Virus record (IMG/VR): IMGVR_UViG_3300028895_000881
Coordinates: 19,069 to 83,068 of that record
Reading direction: 5' to 3' (one strand)
DNA from: a virus
DNA length: 64,000 nucleotides
The stretch's first letter is position 1. Each line of letters opens with the position of its first letter. A program made the position numbers and the translations under genes. The notes under the pieces were generated by a model. The model saw nothing but the letters and a program-made list of their open reading frames with translations, was not told the DNA's origin and ran no database searches. Of this stretch, positions 1 through 9,091 are shown piece by piece.

Positions 1-738
1 GGCCTGACGAAGCTGGTCTTCGTACCAGGCTCGCACAGTATCGACGTGCTTGCACTTGCTGGTGTACCGGAAGCCGTCGCAGTCACAGCCCCACTTACCG
101 TTCTTGTCGAGGGTGACGTGGTAGTTGCGAGTGCCATCCGAGCTCGGGAACTGCGTCTCGTACTCGTAGGGACTCTCCTCTTCCGGCTCAGGCTCCGGTG
201 CAGGAGGATCTTGTTGCTGGAAGTGGGCCGGCGCGTCTTCACCTTCAGGACGGGGAAGGTTCGGTTCTTCCTTGCCTCGGGCCTTGGCCAGCTTCTTGAC
301 GGCCTCGTCGAACTGATCGGTGGTGTCGGGAGCTGCGACCTTGTCGATGCCGTCCGTCGGTTGGTCGGGGATGCTCCAGTCCTGACGTTGTCGAGCGATC
401 TCCAGGCGCATCATCTTATGGCCGATGTCCTCGAAGGCTTGCTCGGCGATGTGCCTGTGATACTCACTTGTGAGATCAGAAAACTCGGGGTCGTTGAGCA
501 AGTAATCCACCTGCTCCGCCATGCGAGTGTGCCAAGGACTCACGGAACCCTTGGCACGAACACAGTCTGCGTTCTTGCAGATACGGCAGAAGGTCTTCTC
601 GAAAACGTGAGCGTCCGGGCGGAACCACTCTTTGCCGGGCTCGTTACACCCGGCAAAGAGATCCCGCTTTTCGCGGGGCGCCATCCCAATGACTCGGTCC
701 TCGGGACTGAGCTTGAGCCGTTTGGGTTTCTTGGGCAT
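1..738 (-). CDS. SWIM zinc-finger protein (3' end runs off the window; absent from the ORF track)
   Basis: ATG at 738 overlaps the TGA of the upstream gene (TGATG). The frame is open to position 1. Manual translation gives ...NYHVTLDKNGKWGCDCDGFRYTSKCKHV..., the SWIM CxCx(n)CxH pattern preceded by a typical YxVxL strand. Confidence 0.8.
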   Translation of the reverse strand, partial: MPKKPKRLKLSPEDRVIGMAPREKRDLFAGCNEPGKEWFRPDAHVFEKTFCRICKNADCVRAKGSVSPWHTRMAEQVDYLLNDPEFSDLTSEYHRHIAEQAFEDIGHKMMRLEIARQRQDWSIPDQPTDGIDKVAAPDTTDQFDEAVKKLAKARGKEEPNLPRPEGEDAPAHFQQQDPPAPEPEPEEESPYEYETQFPSSDGTRNYHVTLDKNGKWGCDCDGFRYTSKCKHVDTVRAWYEDQLRQA

Positions 739-1394
739 CAGTCTTCCGCAAGGGCATCGAGAAGATCATCCGCAAGGCCAGGAGCTTCCTTGACCTCTTC
801 CTCCTCGGGATCCTCTTCCAAGCCCAAATCGGCGGTGGCCGCGTCGAGATCTTCGGCGATGTACTCGTCCGGGTTCTCGAGTGCGTCCGTCAGCGGCTTG
901 ACCGTGGGCTCCGTGCTCGGAGGAGTATCCGGCTCGGAGTCCAGGATGCCGCTCTCGATCGCCTTCTCGGCAAGCTCCTGCTTCGACACCGGCTCGTGAC
1001 GAGCAGGCTCAGTGGGAGTGGGATCGACAGGAGTCTCTTGTTCGGCAAGAGGTTCGGGCGCGAGCTTGCCCGTCTTCATGTCGTCCCATCGCATTTGACG
1101 CTTGACCGGGAGCCATGGCTCCGTCTCGATGACATGCGGTCGTCCCGGTCGAGGGTTCTGCTTGAGAGCCAGCTTGCAGTCCAGACAACGCGGGCCCATC
1201 ACCATGAGCCCGCAGTTTTCCTGCCAGACCTTGAGGTGCTGGTGCTGGTTCTGATCGATGGCCCCCTGCTTCCACAGGTTGTCGATGTCGTCAGGCGTCG
1301 AGCCGTACATCTGCGGCGGCGGAAAAGTCTTCTTGTGGGTGCACTCGAGAGTGATCTCTCGGCCTTGATAGTTGACGGTCAGTGGTTTCAGCAT
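738..1394 (-). CDS. hypothetical protein, Cys-containing N-terminus and acidic low-complexity C-terminus
   Basis: 218-aa ORF directly downstream of polA and coupled to the next gene; CxxC (CLDC) motif. Confidence 0.7.
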   Translation of the reverse strand: MLKPLTVNYQGREITLECTHKKTFPPPQMYGSTPDDIDNLWKQGAIDQNQHQHLKVWQENCGLMVMGPRCLDCKLALKQNPRPGRPHVIETEPWLPVKRQMRWDDMKTGKLAPEPLAEQETPVDPTPTEPARHEPVSKQELAEKAIESGILDSEPDTPPSTEPTVKPLTDALENPDEYIAEDLDAATADLGLEEDPEEEEVKEAPGLADDLLDALAED

Positions 1395-1398
1395 TTGG

Positions 1399-4300
1399 TC
1401 AGATCCCGTGGTAGCTGGCTGCGGTTTCGAACTCGATGGGGTTGACCCGGATGGTTGCCCCCTCCCACAGAACCGACTCGCCCGTGGGTCCGATAACGTG
1501 CAGAGGATGAGACCCCCTGCCCTGACACTGTACGATCACTCGGGCCAGTTTTTCCGCCACACCCACACCAAGTTCACGAAGGCGGTACTGGAAGGTCTCT
1601 CCCTTCTCCAGGGTAGCCACAGACAGCCGTTGTGGGAGGGCCTCGGGTGCGGAGGGGGCCTCGGGTGCCGACGAGCCCAAAGACGCTGAGGGAGCTTCCT
1701 GTGGCTTCTCCGAGGCCGTCTCCTGCGGTTGAGGCGCAGTCGCCGCTTCGAGCAGCGGTGTTTCGGGCTCAGAAGGCTTATCTGTAAGCGGAAGAGGCTG
1801 CCAGTCCGGACCGAAGAACTTTTTACCTTCTTCTTCGGTCAGGTTTTCAACAACAGGCGCATACCCGTAGACCGGCCCGAAGATTTTCACGTATTCGGCA
1901 GGCCACTGCTTGGCCTTGAGCTTGCCTGTCTCCTTGTCCCGGAACAGGCGTCCCTTCTCGTCAGTCTGGAACCCGTCAGGACGTACGCGCTTGTACTTGA
2001 AGTCCTTGAGGTCGTAGGGGACCGTCCAGTCAGGACCAATCTCGCAGTCCGTGGTCAACGGCACACGCCACTTGAGGTTCAGTAGGGTCTTGTTCCGAGT
2101 CATGATCTGCTGGAACAACTCGAGAGCTTCAGCCGCGACGCTCTTGTGCACCTCAAAAACAAGCTCGTCGTGAATCGTGATGATCATGCGAACCTTGTCG
2201 AACCACTCACGCTTTTTCACCTCACGGTAGATGAGCGCCATCGCCAGCTTGGTGATGTCGGCACTCAACCCTTGGATTGGTCCGTTAGTCGCGTTGCGCT
2301 CAGCCTTCGCCTTGAACTTCCGGTTGAACTCCATGAAGCGACGCACGTCCGCATCGGTCGGAGGCTTCGCGTCCTTCCCCGCTGCCTTCTTTGCCTCGTA
2401 CTTCTCCTTGAGGCTTCGAGCCACATCACGCTGGCTCGTCGGCAATCGAATATCCGGCAACGGGTAGTGGCGACCAAAGGCCGTCGCCACGTAGCCGTGC
2501 TTGCGACCGAAGCTTTTGGTCTGGTCCCACCACGCCTTCAGCGTCCCGTAGGTCTCGTTGAAAGTCCGGTGGTGCCGTGCGGCTTCTTGGTCGGAACAGC
2601 CCTCGATGGCACGCATGATGGCGCTCGGGCCACCGCCATAAGCCATCGCAAAGTTGGCCGACTTCGCACCCTGGCGCAGGCCCTTGCCCTCCTTCGTTGC
2701 CATGCGTTCCTCACCGTAGAAGGTGATGGCCGTGAGCGTGTGGAGGTCACCGATACGGTCGTCACCGCATTTGGGACAATAGGCTGGAGGTGCTTCCGGG
2801 GTATAGGTGCCGTCGCCACTATCGAACTCGTGGCCACAGGTGCTGCACCGGAAATACTCAGCCAGCCACTTAGGCTCACCCGACAAGATGGTAGCGATGC
2901 GGAGCTCAACACCACCAAAGTCACAATTGTGAGCCAGAATCCCGCTCACTTGCAGCCGGTGACCGTCTGGAACGGATACGTCATAGACTTCCACAGTGCC
3001 ACTGTTCGTGACCTGTTTAACGGTGTCGAACAGAAGTGGGCCGTCCAGAAGAATCTCCATCCAATCGTCGTCTAGGTCTTCTGGACACGAGAGGGCGGCT
3101 TGCAAAAGCGCACGGCTGACACGACCTTTCCGACGCCCATTGGAATGAACCCGATTGGTTTCAGCGTGACGCTGCCGCACAACAGCTTTTTTGGCCAAAC
3201 CCAACGGGATGAATTCAGTCATATCCCGGTTGCGTCCTGCACGAAGCAAAAGATCGAGTTCCAGGGTTTTCCGGGGGCTTGCCATGCCGATCCGATCTCG
3301 GAACCGTTCCAGGTTTCGAATCCCTGTGATCGACATCTCCCACCCTTCGGCGCGGCCAAAATTTGTTTCCCGCTCTACCCAAACCCTTTTGGCCTGAACC
3401 CCATGCTGAAGCAGGAGAAGCTGAACTTGCTGTGCCATCCTGCTGGAAGAAATCCAGATACGGACCCCATCCCCTCCTCGGTTGCTAACACTTCCGTCAG
3501 CATCGAAAAGCCCACGCAAAAAGGCAGCCGTCACCTCTGGCCCACCTTGAAGAACACACTCAGGCACACTCAGATCGTGTACATCCGTGGCCGCTTTACC
3601 CGTAAGAGTATTGAGCCATCGACAAAGTGGTCGAGAGTTGATCGACACATCTCCGTTTGCGCGATGTGTGAACTCCCGATCGAAAAGAGACTTAGCAGCT
3701 CGGTTCACATGGGGAAGCACCGCATCAATGTCACTACCCAAAGCAAGATTTACCGCAACCATCTCACCTTTATCGTGGGAGATCGAACCGTCTCCCAAGA
3801 ACCGCCCGAGAAACTCTGCCAAGTCTTCAGACATGTGCCGAGGCACGCGAAGGGGGTACTTTTCCTCCTGGGCGCGGGCTCGAGCATTCTTCGACCAAGG
3901 AACATCGGGAAGTTGCGAACTAACCCCTTTTGCTGTTCCTGTGGCTTGACACACCCAGTCGCCGGGGACCAGGTCCCCGGCTTCTTTCCACTCAAAGCCA
4001 CCATCCCCGGCCACAAGGATCCGGTGGTCTCGAGTCACGCGAAGATGGAACCCTTTGTTTGTCCGTACTGTAACTGTGGGCTTGGTTCCGGTGTAGCCGG
4101 ACCATTTCACCTGTTTGTACCCGCTCTCGGTGAGAACTTGGTCAGTATCCGTCACGTCTTCGACTGGAATAAGACCACGAGCAGTCGAAACCAAACTACC
4201 CTTGGCAAAACAAGCGGCCATGATCCAGTCGGGGTCACGCACCATGATGGCCTCACGGATGCGGAGCAGACACTGGGGGCGCTTCTTCTGGTACGTGGCC

Positions 4301-5718
4301 GGCGTCCCGTGCATCGGATACTTCGTGCCGCCATCGATCTCGGGTCGCTTGGAGGAAGGCGTCGTGAAGCGACCCGTATCCGTGCCGAGCTGGTTGTAGT
4401 TGACACGCAGGGTTCCGTCAGGGCCCACGTCACGGTGCAGCGAAATCAAGTACGTGCCAAGAGCCTTTTGAAGCTCACCCAGGCGCTTGATCTTCGGAAG
4501 GAACGGGTAGCGGTGTCCGTACTTGTCGTTGAGCCGGTCGATCTCCGACTGCGTCGTCATGATCTGCTCGGACTTCTCGGTGCGGCGCAGGTCGGGGATC
4601 TTGAGCTCTTCGAACAGGTAGCCAAGCTGCTCGCGGCTGAGGATGTCGTACTTCTCGGCGTGCCCGCTGGCGGTCTTGACGTAGTGACCGTCGGTGTCGA
4701 GATCGTCCATCTTCTTGCGCAGAGCTTCGCCACGCAGGTCTTCGATCTGTTTGTTGATCGGGAAGGTGGCGTCGTCGGGGATGAAATTGTCCCGAAGGAG
4801 ACGCACCCATCCGGGCTCGATGTTGCGGCCGAGGGTCTTGTTGCAAAAGTCGTAGACCTCGGTGATGCACTCGAAGTACTCGATCTGCCCGATCTGGATC
4901 AGCTCGTTGACCTTCTTCGGATCGATCCAGACACGGCAACGCTCCATCCACCGAGTCGCCGGCAGGCACATCTTTTCCAGACGGTAGACGACTTCCTGCC
5001 CTCGAGCTCGGTTGCCCTCCGGCATCACCACCTGCGGCTGTAGGACTTTGAAGAGCTGGTAGGTGCAGATGGCATCGGAGCAGGCGTACCAGATACACGG
5101 GTCCCAGGACGGGTCGAGCTCGGCGAAGTTGATCTTGCCCTTGCGCTTCTTGACCTCGTCCTTGCCGAAGAGGTCTTCGAGCTCGATCATCTCCTTGTCG
5201 AGCTCCACCTTGCTCAGGTGCTTCAACCCCTTATTGCGTTCACGAGTGTTACGAAGCCATGCGAGAATGAGTGTGTCCTCAAATTTGAGCGGGTCGTCCC
5301 AGACACCCAAAGTCGTACCGGGGTTGTGCTGGAGAAACTCCTGGTCAAATTTGGCGTTGTGGAAGATGGCTGTGGCTTCGGATTCGATGAGTCGAGCCAT
5401 CTCTTTGTTGAAGAGGGAGAGCGGCAGGTTGTGCTTCTCACCTTTCATGTGACGGACGGGGATGTAGTAGCCCCGCTTGCCGTCCGGACTGAGACACGCG
5501 CCGACGATCTTGTCCTTCGTGCCCCCCATCTCGGAGAAGTAGCGATTGTCGAGGCCCGTCGTTTCGAGGTCGAGCGCATAGAGGCCAGCTTCGATGCACT
5601 CGTCGATCACACGTTCGATGGTCTCGGCCGTGACGAGCTCCATCGTCACGTTGTTCATCCAAGGTTTCTTGGTGATGTCTGGGCGGGTTGCTTCTTCCAG
5701 AGAGTCCAGAAAGTTCAT
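1399..5718 (-). CDS. polA: DNA polymerase family A with 3'-5' exonuclease domain, intein-containing
   Basis: Exo I DLETTG, Exo II HNAKFD, Exo III YACSDA; TGRFTT; motif A (after splicing) ACDFGGVELR; motif B RQGAKSANFAMAYG; motif C IHDELVFE. No 5'-3' exonuclease domain. Confidence 0.95.
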   Translation of the reverse strand: MNFLDSLEEATRPDITKKPWMNNVTMELVTAETIERVIDECIEAGLYALDLETTGLDNRYFSEMGGTKDKIVGACLSPDGKRGYYIPVRHMKGEKHNLPLSLFNKEMARLIESEATAIFHNAKFDQEFLQHNPGTTLGVWDDPLKFEDTLILAWLRNTRERNKGLKHLSKVELDKEMIELEDLFGKDEVKKRKGKINFAELDPSWDPCIWYACSDAICTYQLFKVLQPQVVMPEGNRARGQEVVYRLEKMCLPATRWMERCRVWIDPKKVNELIQIGQIEYFECITEVYDFCNKTLGRNIEPGWVRLLRDNFIPDDATFPINKQIEDLRGEALRKKMDDLDTDGHYVKTASGHAEKYDILSREQLGYLFEELKIPDLRRTEKSEQIMTTQSEIDRLNDKYGHRYPFLPKIKRLGELQKALGTYLISLHRDVGPDGTLRVNYNQLGTDTGRFTTPSSKRPEIDGGTKYPMHGTPATYQKKRPQCLLRIREAIMVRDPDWIMAACFAKGSLVSTARGLIPVEDVTDTDQVLTESGYKQVKWSGYTGTKPTVTVRTNKGFHLRVTRDHRILVAGDGGFEWKEAGDLVPGDWVCQATGTAKGVSSQLPDVPWSKNARARAQEEKYPLRVPRHMSEDLAEFLGRFLGDGSISHDKGEMVAVNLALGSDIDAVLPHVNRAAKSLFDREFTHRANGDVSINSRPLCRWLNTLTGKAATDVHDLSVPECVLQGGPEVTAAFLRGLFDADGSVSNRGGDGVRIWISSSRMAQQVQLLLLQHGVQAKRVWVERETNFGRAEGWEMSITGIRNLERFRDRIGMASPRKTLELDLLLRAGRNRDMTEFIPLGLAKKAVVRQRHAETNRVHSNGRRKGRVSRALLQAALSCPEDLDDDWMEILLDGPLLFDTVKQVTNSGTVEVYDVSVPDGHRLQVSGILAHNCDFGGVELRIATILSGEPKWLAEYFRCSTCGHEFDSGDGTYTPEAPPAYCPKCGDDRIGDLHTLTAITFYGEERMATKEGKGLRQGAKSANFAMAYGGGPSAIMRAIEGCSDQEAARHHRTFNETYGTLKAWWDQTKSFGRKHGYVATAFGRHYPLPDIRLPTSQRDVARSLKEKYEAKKAAGKDAKPPTDADVRRFMEFNRKFKAKAERNATNGPIQGLSADITKLAMALIYREVKKREWFDKVRMIITIHDELVFEVHKSVAAEALELFQQIMTRNKTLLNLKWRVPLTTDCEIGPDWTVPYDLKDFKYKRVRPDGFQTDEKGRLFRDKETGKLKAKQWPAEYVKIFGPVYGYAPVVENLTEEEGKKFFGPDWQPLPLTDKPSEPETPLLEAATAPQPQETASEKPQEAPSASLGSSAPEAPSAPEALPQRLSVATLEKGETFQYRLRELGVGVAEKLARVIVQCQGRGSHPLHVIGPTGESVLWEGATIRVNPIEFETAASYHGI
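2926..4212 (-). mobile_element. intein with LAGLIDADG homing endonuclease in polymerase motif A (429 aa)
   Basis: Starts CFAKGSLV, ends ILAHN followed by Cys+1; LAGLIDADG-type blocks FLGRFLGDGS and FLRGLFDADGS. Confidence 0.93.
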
Positions 5719-5752
5719 TCGTGCCTCGCTCCGGGGTTCTACGCCCCAGAAT

Positions 5753-6256
5753 TCAACGAAGCGTGAACTCGGGACCCTTCACCACGAAAACGTACCGGCC
5801 TTCGTCCCACGCTTGCCCGACAGCAACCGCAATCTGTCTAAGCGTGCGATCTTCGCAGGGTGCCAGGTAGCACTCTGGGAGCTTGCCTGACCCCGGGGTG
5901 CAATGAGATCCCGCCAGTTCACACGAGCCCTGCTGCGCCTCGAGGCACATGCGATCCTCCATCGTCAAACGCAAGGGACGACCTTTTGGCGGACGCCCCA
6001 ACATTTCAAGAAGCATGTCCGGGTGCCCATGCAGGGCATGGGAAAGCGCCTCACCGGTTACCGTAGGAACCTGCTCACCCCAACTCGTTCCCTTCAAAGG
6101 GAGCATGGCGCCCCACGGTTCGTGAGGAAGCGGAAGGGGGTAGAGCACAGGCACTCGACGGAACCGCACGGGGTCATCGATCATGGCGTATCGGAGACCG
6201 TCGAGGGGGTTGTCGAAAGTGCGTGGCCCTTTGCCCCTCACGACATCTCCTTGCAT
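5753..6256 (-). CDS. hypothetical protein with a Cys cluster
   Basis: 167-aa ORF overlapping the upstream gene end; CLEAQQGSC...HC...EC pattern; true start may be GTG at 6241. Confidence 0.65.
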   Translation of the reverse strand: MQGDVVRGKGPRTFDNPLDGLRYAMIDDPVRFRRVPVLYPLPLPHEPWGAMLPLKGTSWGEQVPTVTGEALSHALHGHPDMLLEMLGRPPKGRPLRLTMEDRMCLEAQQGSCELAGSHCTPGSGKLPECYLAPCEDRTLRQIAVAVGQAWDEGRYVFVVKGPEFTLR

Positions 6257-6825
6257 TTGTCTTTGGCCCGCTCAAGCAGTTTGAGCATGGCAACAGCGCC
6301 TTTCTTTTCAGGCCAGTTTTGTCGGGCTACACCGTAGTCGATACGGTCGTAGACCTCCCACAAAGAGAGCAACGTCGTGGCGTTCAAATCTCGATCCGAG
6401 GTCAAGCTCTGGAGGAACTTGCCCACCCGCTCCTTCTCACGCTCGAAGCTCGCGGTCTGTATCTCCATCGCCTCGATCTCATTGGCGACGTTGACCGGCT
6501 TGTTCTCTTCGTCGGACCAGGGCAGCGGTGGAAGCCCAAGCTTTTCCTCGAGCCGCTCGATGGCCTCACGAAAATTGACCAGCTCCTTCTCCATCACGTA
6601 GGAGATCGGATCACGGGTCTTCTGACACACCCAGCAGTAGGTCGTGTTGTTGTGCCCGTACAGGCGGGCGGAAGGCTTGTTATCGACACCGTGCAAGTCG
6701 CAGGCAAACTGCTGCTCACGGTGACGGTCGGGTACGACAGCGTAGCCGTACTCCTGCAAGAGCTGCCCGAGATCACACTCCTGTTTGACGCGCTCAGCTC
6801 GAGCCCGCATCCGTTCGAAGCTCAT
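6238..6825 (-). CDS. stand-alone primase-type CHC2 zinc-finger protein
   Basis: CDLHGVDNKPS...YCWVCQKTRDPISYVMEKELVNFREAIERL matches the DnaG N-terminal zinc-binding domain; no TOPRIM domain follows. Confidence 0.85.
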   Translation of the reverse strand: MSFERMRARAERVKQECDLGQLLQEYGYAVVPDRHREQQFACDLHGVDNKPSARLYGHNNTTYCWVCQKTRDPISYVMEKELVNFREAIERLEEKLGLPPLPWSDEENKPVNVANEIEAMEIQTASFEREKERVGKFLQSLTSDRDLNATTLLSLWEVYDRIDYGVARQNWPEKKGAVAMLKLLERAKDKCKEMS

Positions 6826-7511
6826 CGCTTGAACGCCTCTCGTACACGAAGCAGGCGAAGGATATCACTGAGATCCGTAGCCGCGTACGTCGTAGTGCTT
6901 GGCCCTTCAACAGTGATGGGGCATGTCGCCCGGTCGATAAGCTCGTTTTTACCGTTGTTGGTCAGGACACCAAGGAAGCGACCATCACGGTCGAAGGCCC
7001 TCCAGTTTTCGCCGGAAGGAACGACGCGACGGACGAGCCCGTAAGGTCCCGTGTTGCGATCCGCTTCCCACCCTTCGACTTCTTTCACCGCGTGGTCACA
7101 GAAGACGGCCCATGAATACCAAACGTGACCTCGAAGTCGTTCCGCATCACGGTCATGAGGCCAAAACCGTACACGCTCGAGATCCACGTTGAGATCCAGA
7201 TGCAGATCGATCCGGTTCAACCATTCACGGAGGTACCTCGCTTGGTCCGGTGACAGACACAGAACCAGGAACTGCGCAGGTGCGTGGAGTGGATTGCGCT
7301 GGTCCTCGTGCATGTCGAGGTAGAGCTCGATCAGCATGTGAGCCGACGTACCAATACCCCGAGGAAACGCCGGTGTAGGCCCCCTCCCGAGTGCGGATCG
7401 CTCGTAGGCCAGCGGCTCACCCCATTGGAGCTTCTGGTAGGCGTCGGCGAGTTTCATCCCCCTCTTGTACTCCCTCGGAGGGCGGCGCCCAACAGTCAGA
7501 AAGGAAGCCAC
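6822..7511 (-). CDS. hypothetical protein
   Basis: 229-aa ORF with ATGA overlap to the next gene. Confidence 0.65.
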   Translation of the reverse strand: MASFLTVGRRPPREYKRGMKLADAYQKLQWGEPLAYERSALGRGPTPAFPRGIGTSAHMLIELYLDMHEDQRNPLHAPAQFLVLCLSPDQARYLREWLNRIDLHLDLNVDLERVRFWPHDRDAERLRGHVWYSWAVFCDHAVKEVEGWEADRNTGPYGLVRRVVPSGENWRAFDRDGRFLGVLTNNGKNELIDRATCPITVEGPSTTTYAATDLSDILRLLRVREAFKR

Positions 7512-7570
7512 ACAGGAGGGCGCGCTATAGGCGGGGCAGCGTCCATTGTATTTTCACGAACGCGATCCCT

Positions 7571-7828
7571 TCAGTACATGTGGTCGATGAAACCGTTTTT
7601 GAGCTTGATCCCGTTCTCGGTGCAGAAGTTCACGAGCTTGTGGATGTCTTGGAATTCCAGCTTCTGACCGGCCGGGATGTTGTCCACGAATTGCATCGCG
7701 TCTTCTTCGTCGCTCCAAGAATCCCAGGTCTCTTTGGTCATGAGCGACGCGACGAGGTCACCACCCCCAAAAAGGGCGACGACGTACTGGAGGTCTTTGA
7801 CCGGAACTTCGAGCTTCTTCTTGGCCAT
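7571..7828 (-). CDS. hypothetical protein (85 aa)
   Basis: Start reassigned to ATG 7828 (MAKKKLEV), which overlaps the upstream TGA and has an AAGGAGA RBS. Confidence 0.7.
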   Translation of the reverse strand: MAKKKLEVPVKDLQYVVALFGGGDLVASLMTKETWDSWSDEEDAMQFVDNIPAGQKLEFQDIHKLVNFCTENGIKLKNGFIDHMY

Positions 7829-8286
7829 CACGTCTCCTTGTAGTCTGCTTCGATCTTCTCGAGCAGCTTGAATAGTCGCTTGTTGTTGCGGCTCACGGGG
7901 TAGATTTTCTCGCACGAGCCGTCCCCGCTCAGGTGCTCCCACTTCCCGGGCACTACCGTTCCATCCTCCAACTTCCGACCCCCTTCGACTTTACGATACT
8001 CGACGAGTGCACCACAACGGTCGCAAGTCGTAGGCTCGCTCTCTCGGAAAGGAACCGTGGAGTCTTCGATGGGGCCGAGGTCTTCCACCGGGCGCACCGT
8101 CCCGTGGGGAGGGCCGTTATCCCAGTGATGCTCCGTGAAGAGGAACAGGCGTCCAAACTTCTCGCGGATACCGATGAACCCGTTTTCTTTCTCAGGAACG
8201 AACAGCCCGAAAGCCAAGTTGCGAGACCGGACACGATAGATGTGCCCACGTTTGCAGTTCGCCAGAGCGATGTAGTCCTCGGTCAC
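7828..8286 (-). CDS. hypothetical phage protein with CxxC motif
   Basis: 152-aa ORF coupled on both sides; CDRC motif. Confidence 0.7.
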   Translation of the reverse strand: MTEDYIALANCKRGHIYRVRSRNLAFGLFVPEKENGFIGIREKFGRLFLFTEHHWDNGPPHGTVRPVEDLGPIEDSTVPFRESEPTTCDRCGALVEYRKVEGGRKLEDGTVVPGKWEHLSGDGSCEKIYPVSRNNKRLFKLLEKIEADYKET

Positions 8287-8753
8287 GACCCCAGCACCTT
8301 GAGCCGCACCTTGGAGCGACGCTCTTCGTCGAGGCGATCCACGAGCGCTTGAGCCTTGGTCATGAACGCGCTTGAGCCTTGGAGAGTACGGCTCCCATCG
8401 GCGTGGCAGATGTAGAGGTCGAGGCCGCTCTGGCGCAGCTTCTTCATCACCTGCTTGGCCTTGGGGTTCCGGTAACCGCCCAGCTTCGTCTCGTTGACCA
8501 CGATGATGTTCCCGAGCTCGGGGCTGTCCTCCGCGTGCACGAGGACGTTGCTGCGATCAGGACGGTGCCCATTGCTGCCGAACCCCTTGAGCCACAGGCA
8601 CTCGAAGGCGCGACACGAGGACGGACGCTGATTGTAGACGCTGCACCCCTCGGCGCCGAGCATCTCGCAGGTCGTCCCTCGAGGTTTGCCGAGCTCCTCA
8701 ACCTTCATGATGGTGCAGCACACCTTGCACTTCCCACAGCTTCGTTCCGTCAT
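8283..8753 (-). CDS. YkgJ-like CxxCxxCC metal/Fe-S-binding protein
   Basis: CGKCKVCC ... CEML ... CSVYNQRPSSCRAFEC is the family signature. Confidence 0.85.
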   Translation of the reverse strand: MTERSCGKCKVCCTIMKVEELGKPRGTTCEMLGAEGCSVYNQRPSSCRAFECLWLKGFGSNGHRPDRSNVLVHAEDSPELGNIIVVNETKLGGYRNPKAKQVMKKLRQSGLDLYICHADGSRTLQGSSAFMTKAQALVDRLDEERRSKVRLKVLGS

Positions 8754-9091
8754 CAGTCGTTCCTCAAATCTAGCGACTCCATGTCACCCTTCACAGCCTC
8801 CCAGATCTCACGATCATCGGGAGACAGGTCATCGGGTAGTGCCCGCTGGGATCGCGTGGGCTGCTTCGGAGGCTTGTCCATGATCATCCAGAGGATGGCG
8901 TAGAGGGGAAGCCCAACGCCCCACATGAGCGTCGTGAAGATGAAAGCGAGGCGCCACACGACCGTCGGGGTGCCGGTACGGATGGCGATACCCGAGCACA
9001 CACCACCCAGCTTGCCGCTCTCGAGGTCTCGGTAGAGCTTGTCCGGGCGGTCGAGCTCTCCCCGCTCGTATTTGGTCGGCAGGTTGCTCAC
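8753..9091 (-). CDS. pspC: PspC-domain membrane protein
   Basis: KLYRD...KLGGVCSGIA...VVWRLAF...LYAILWMIM is the PspC signature; start reassigned to GTG 9091, overlapping the upstream TGA. Confidence 0.85.
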   Translation of the reverse strand: MSNLPTKYERGELDRPDKLYRDLESGKLGGVCSGIAIRTGTPTVVWRLAFIFTTLMWGVGLPLYAILWMIMDKPPKQPTRSQRALPDDLSPDDREIWEAVKGDMESLDLRND

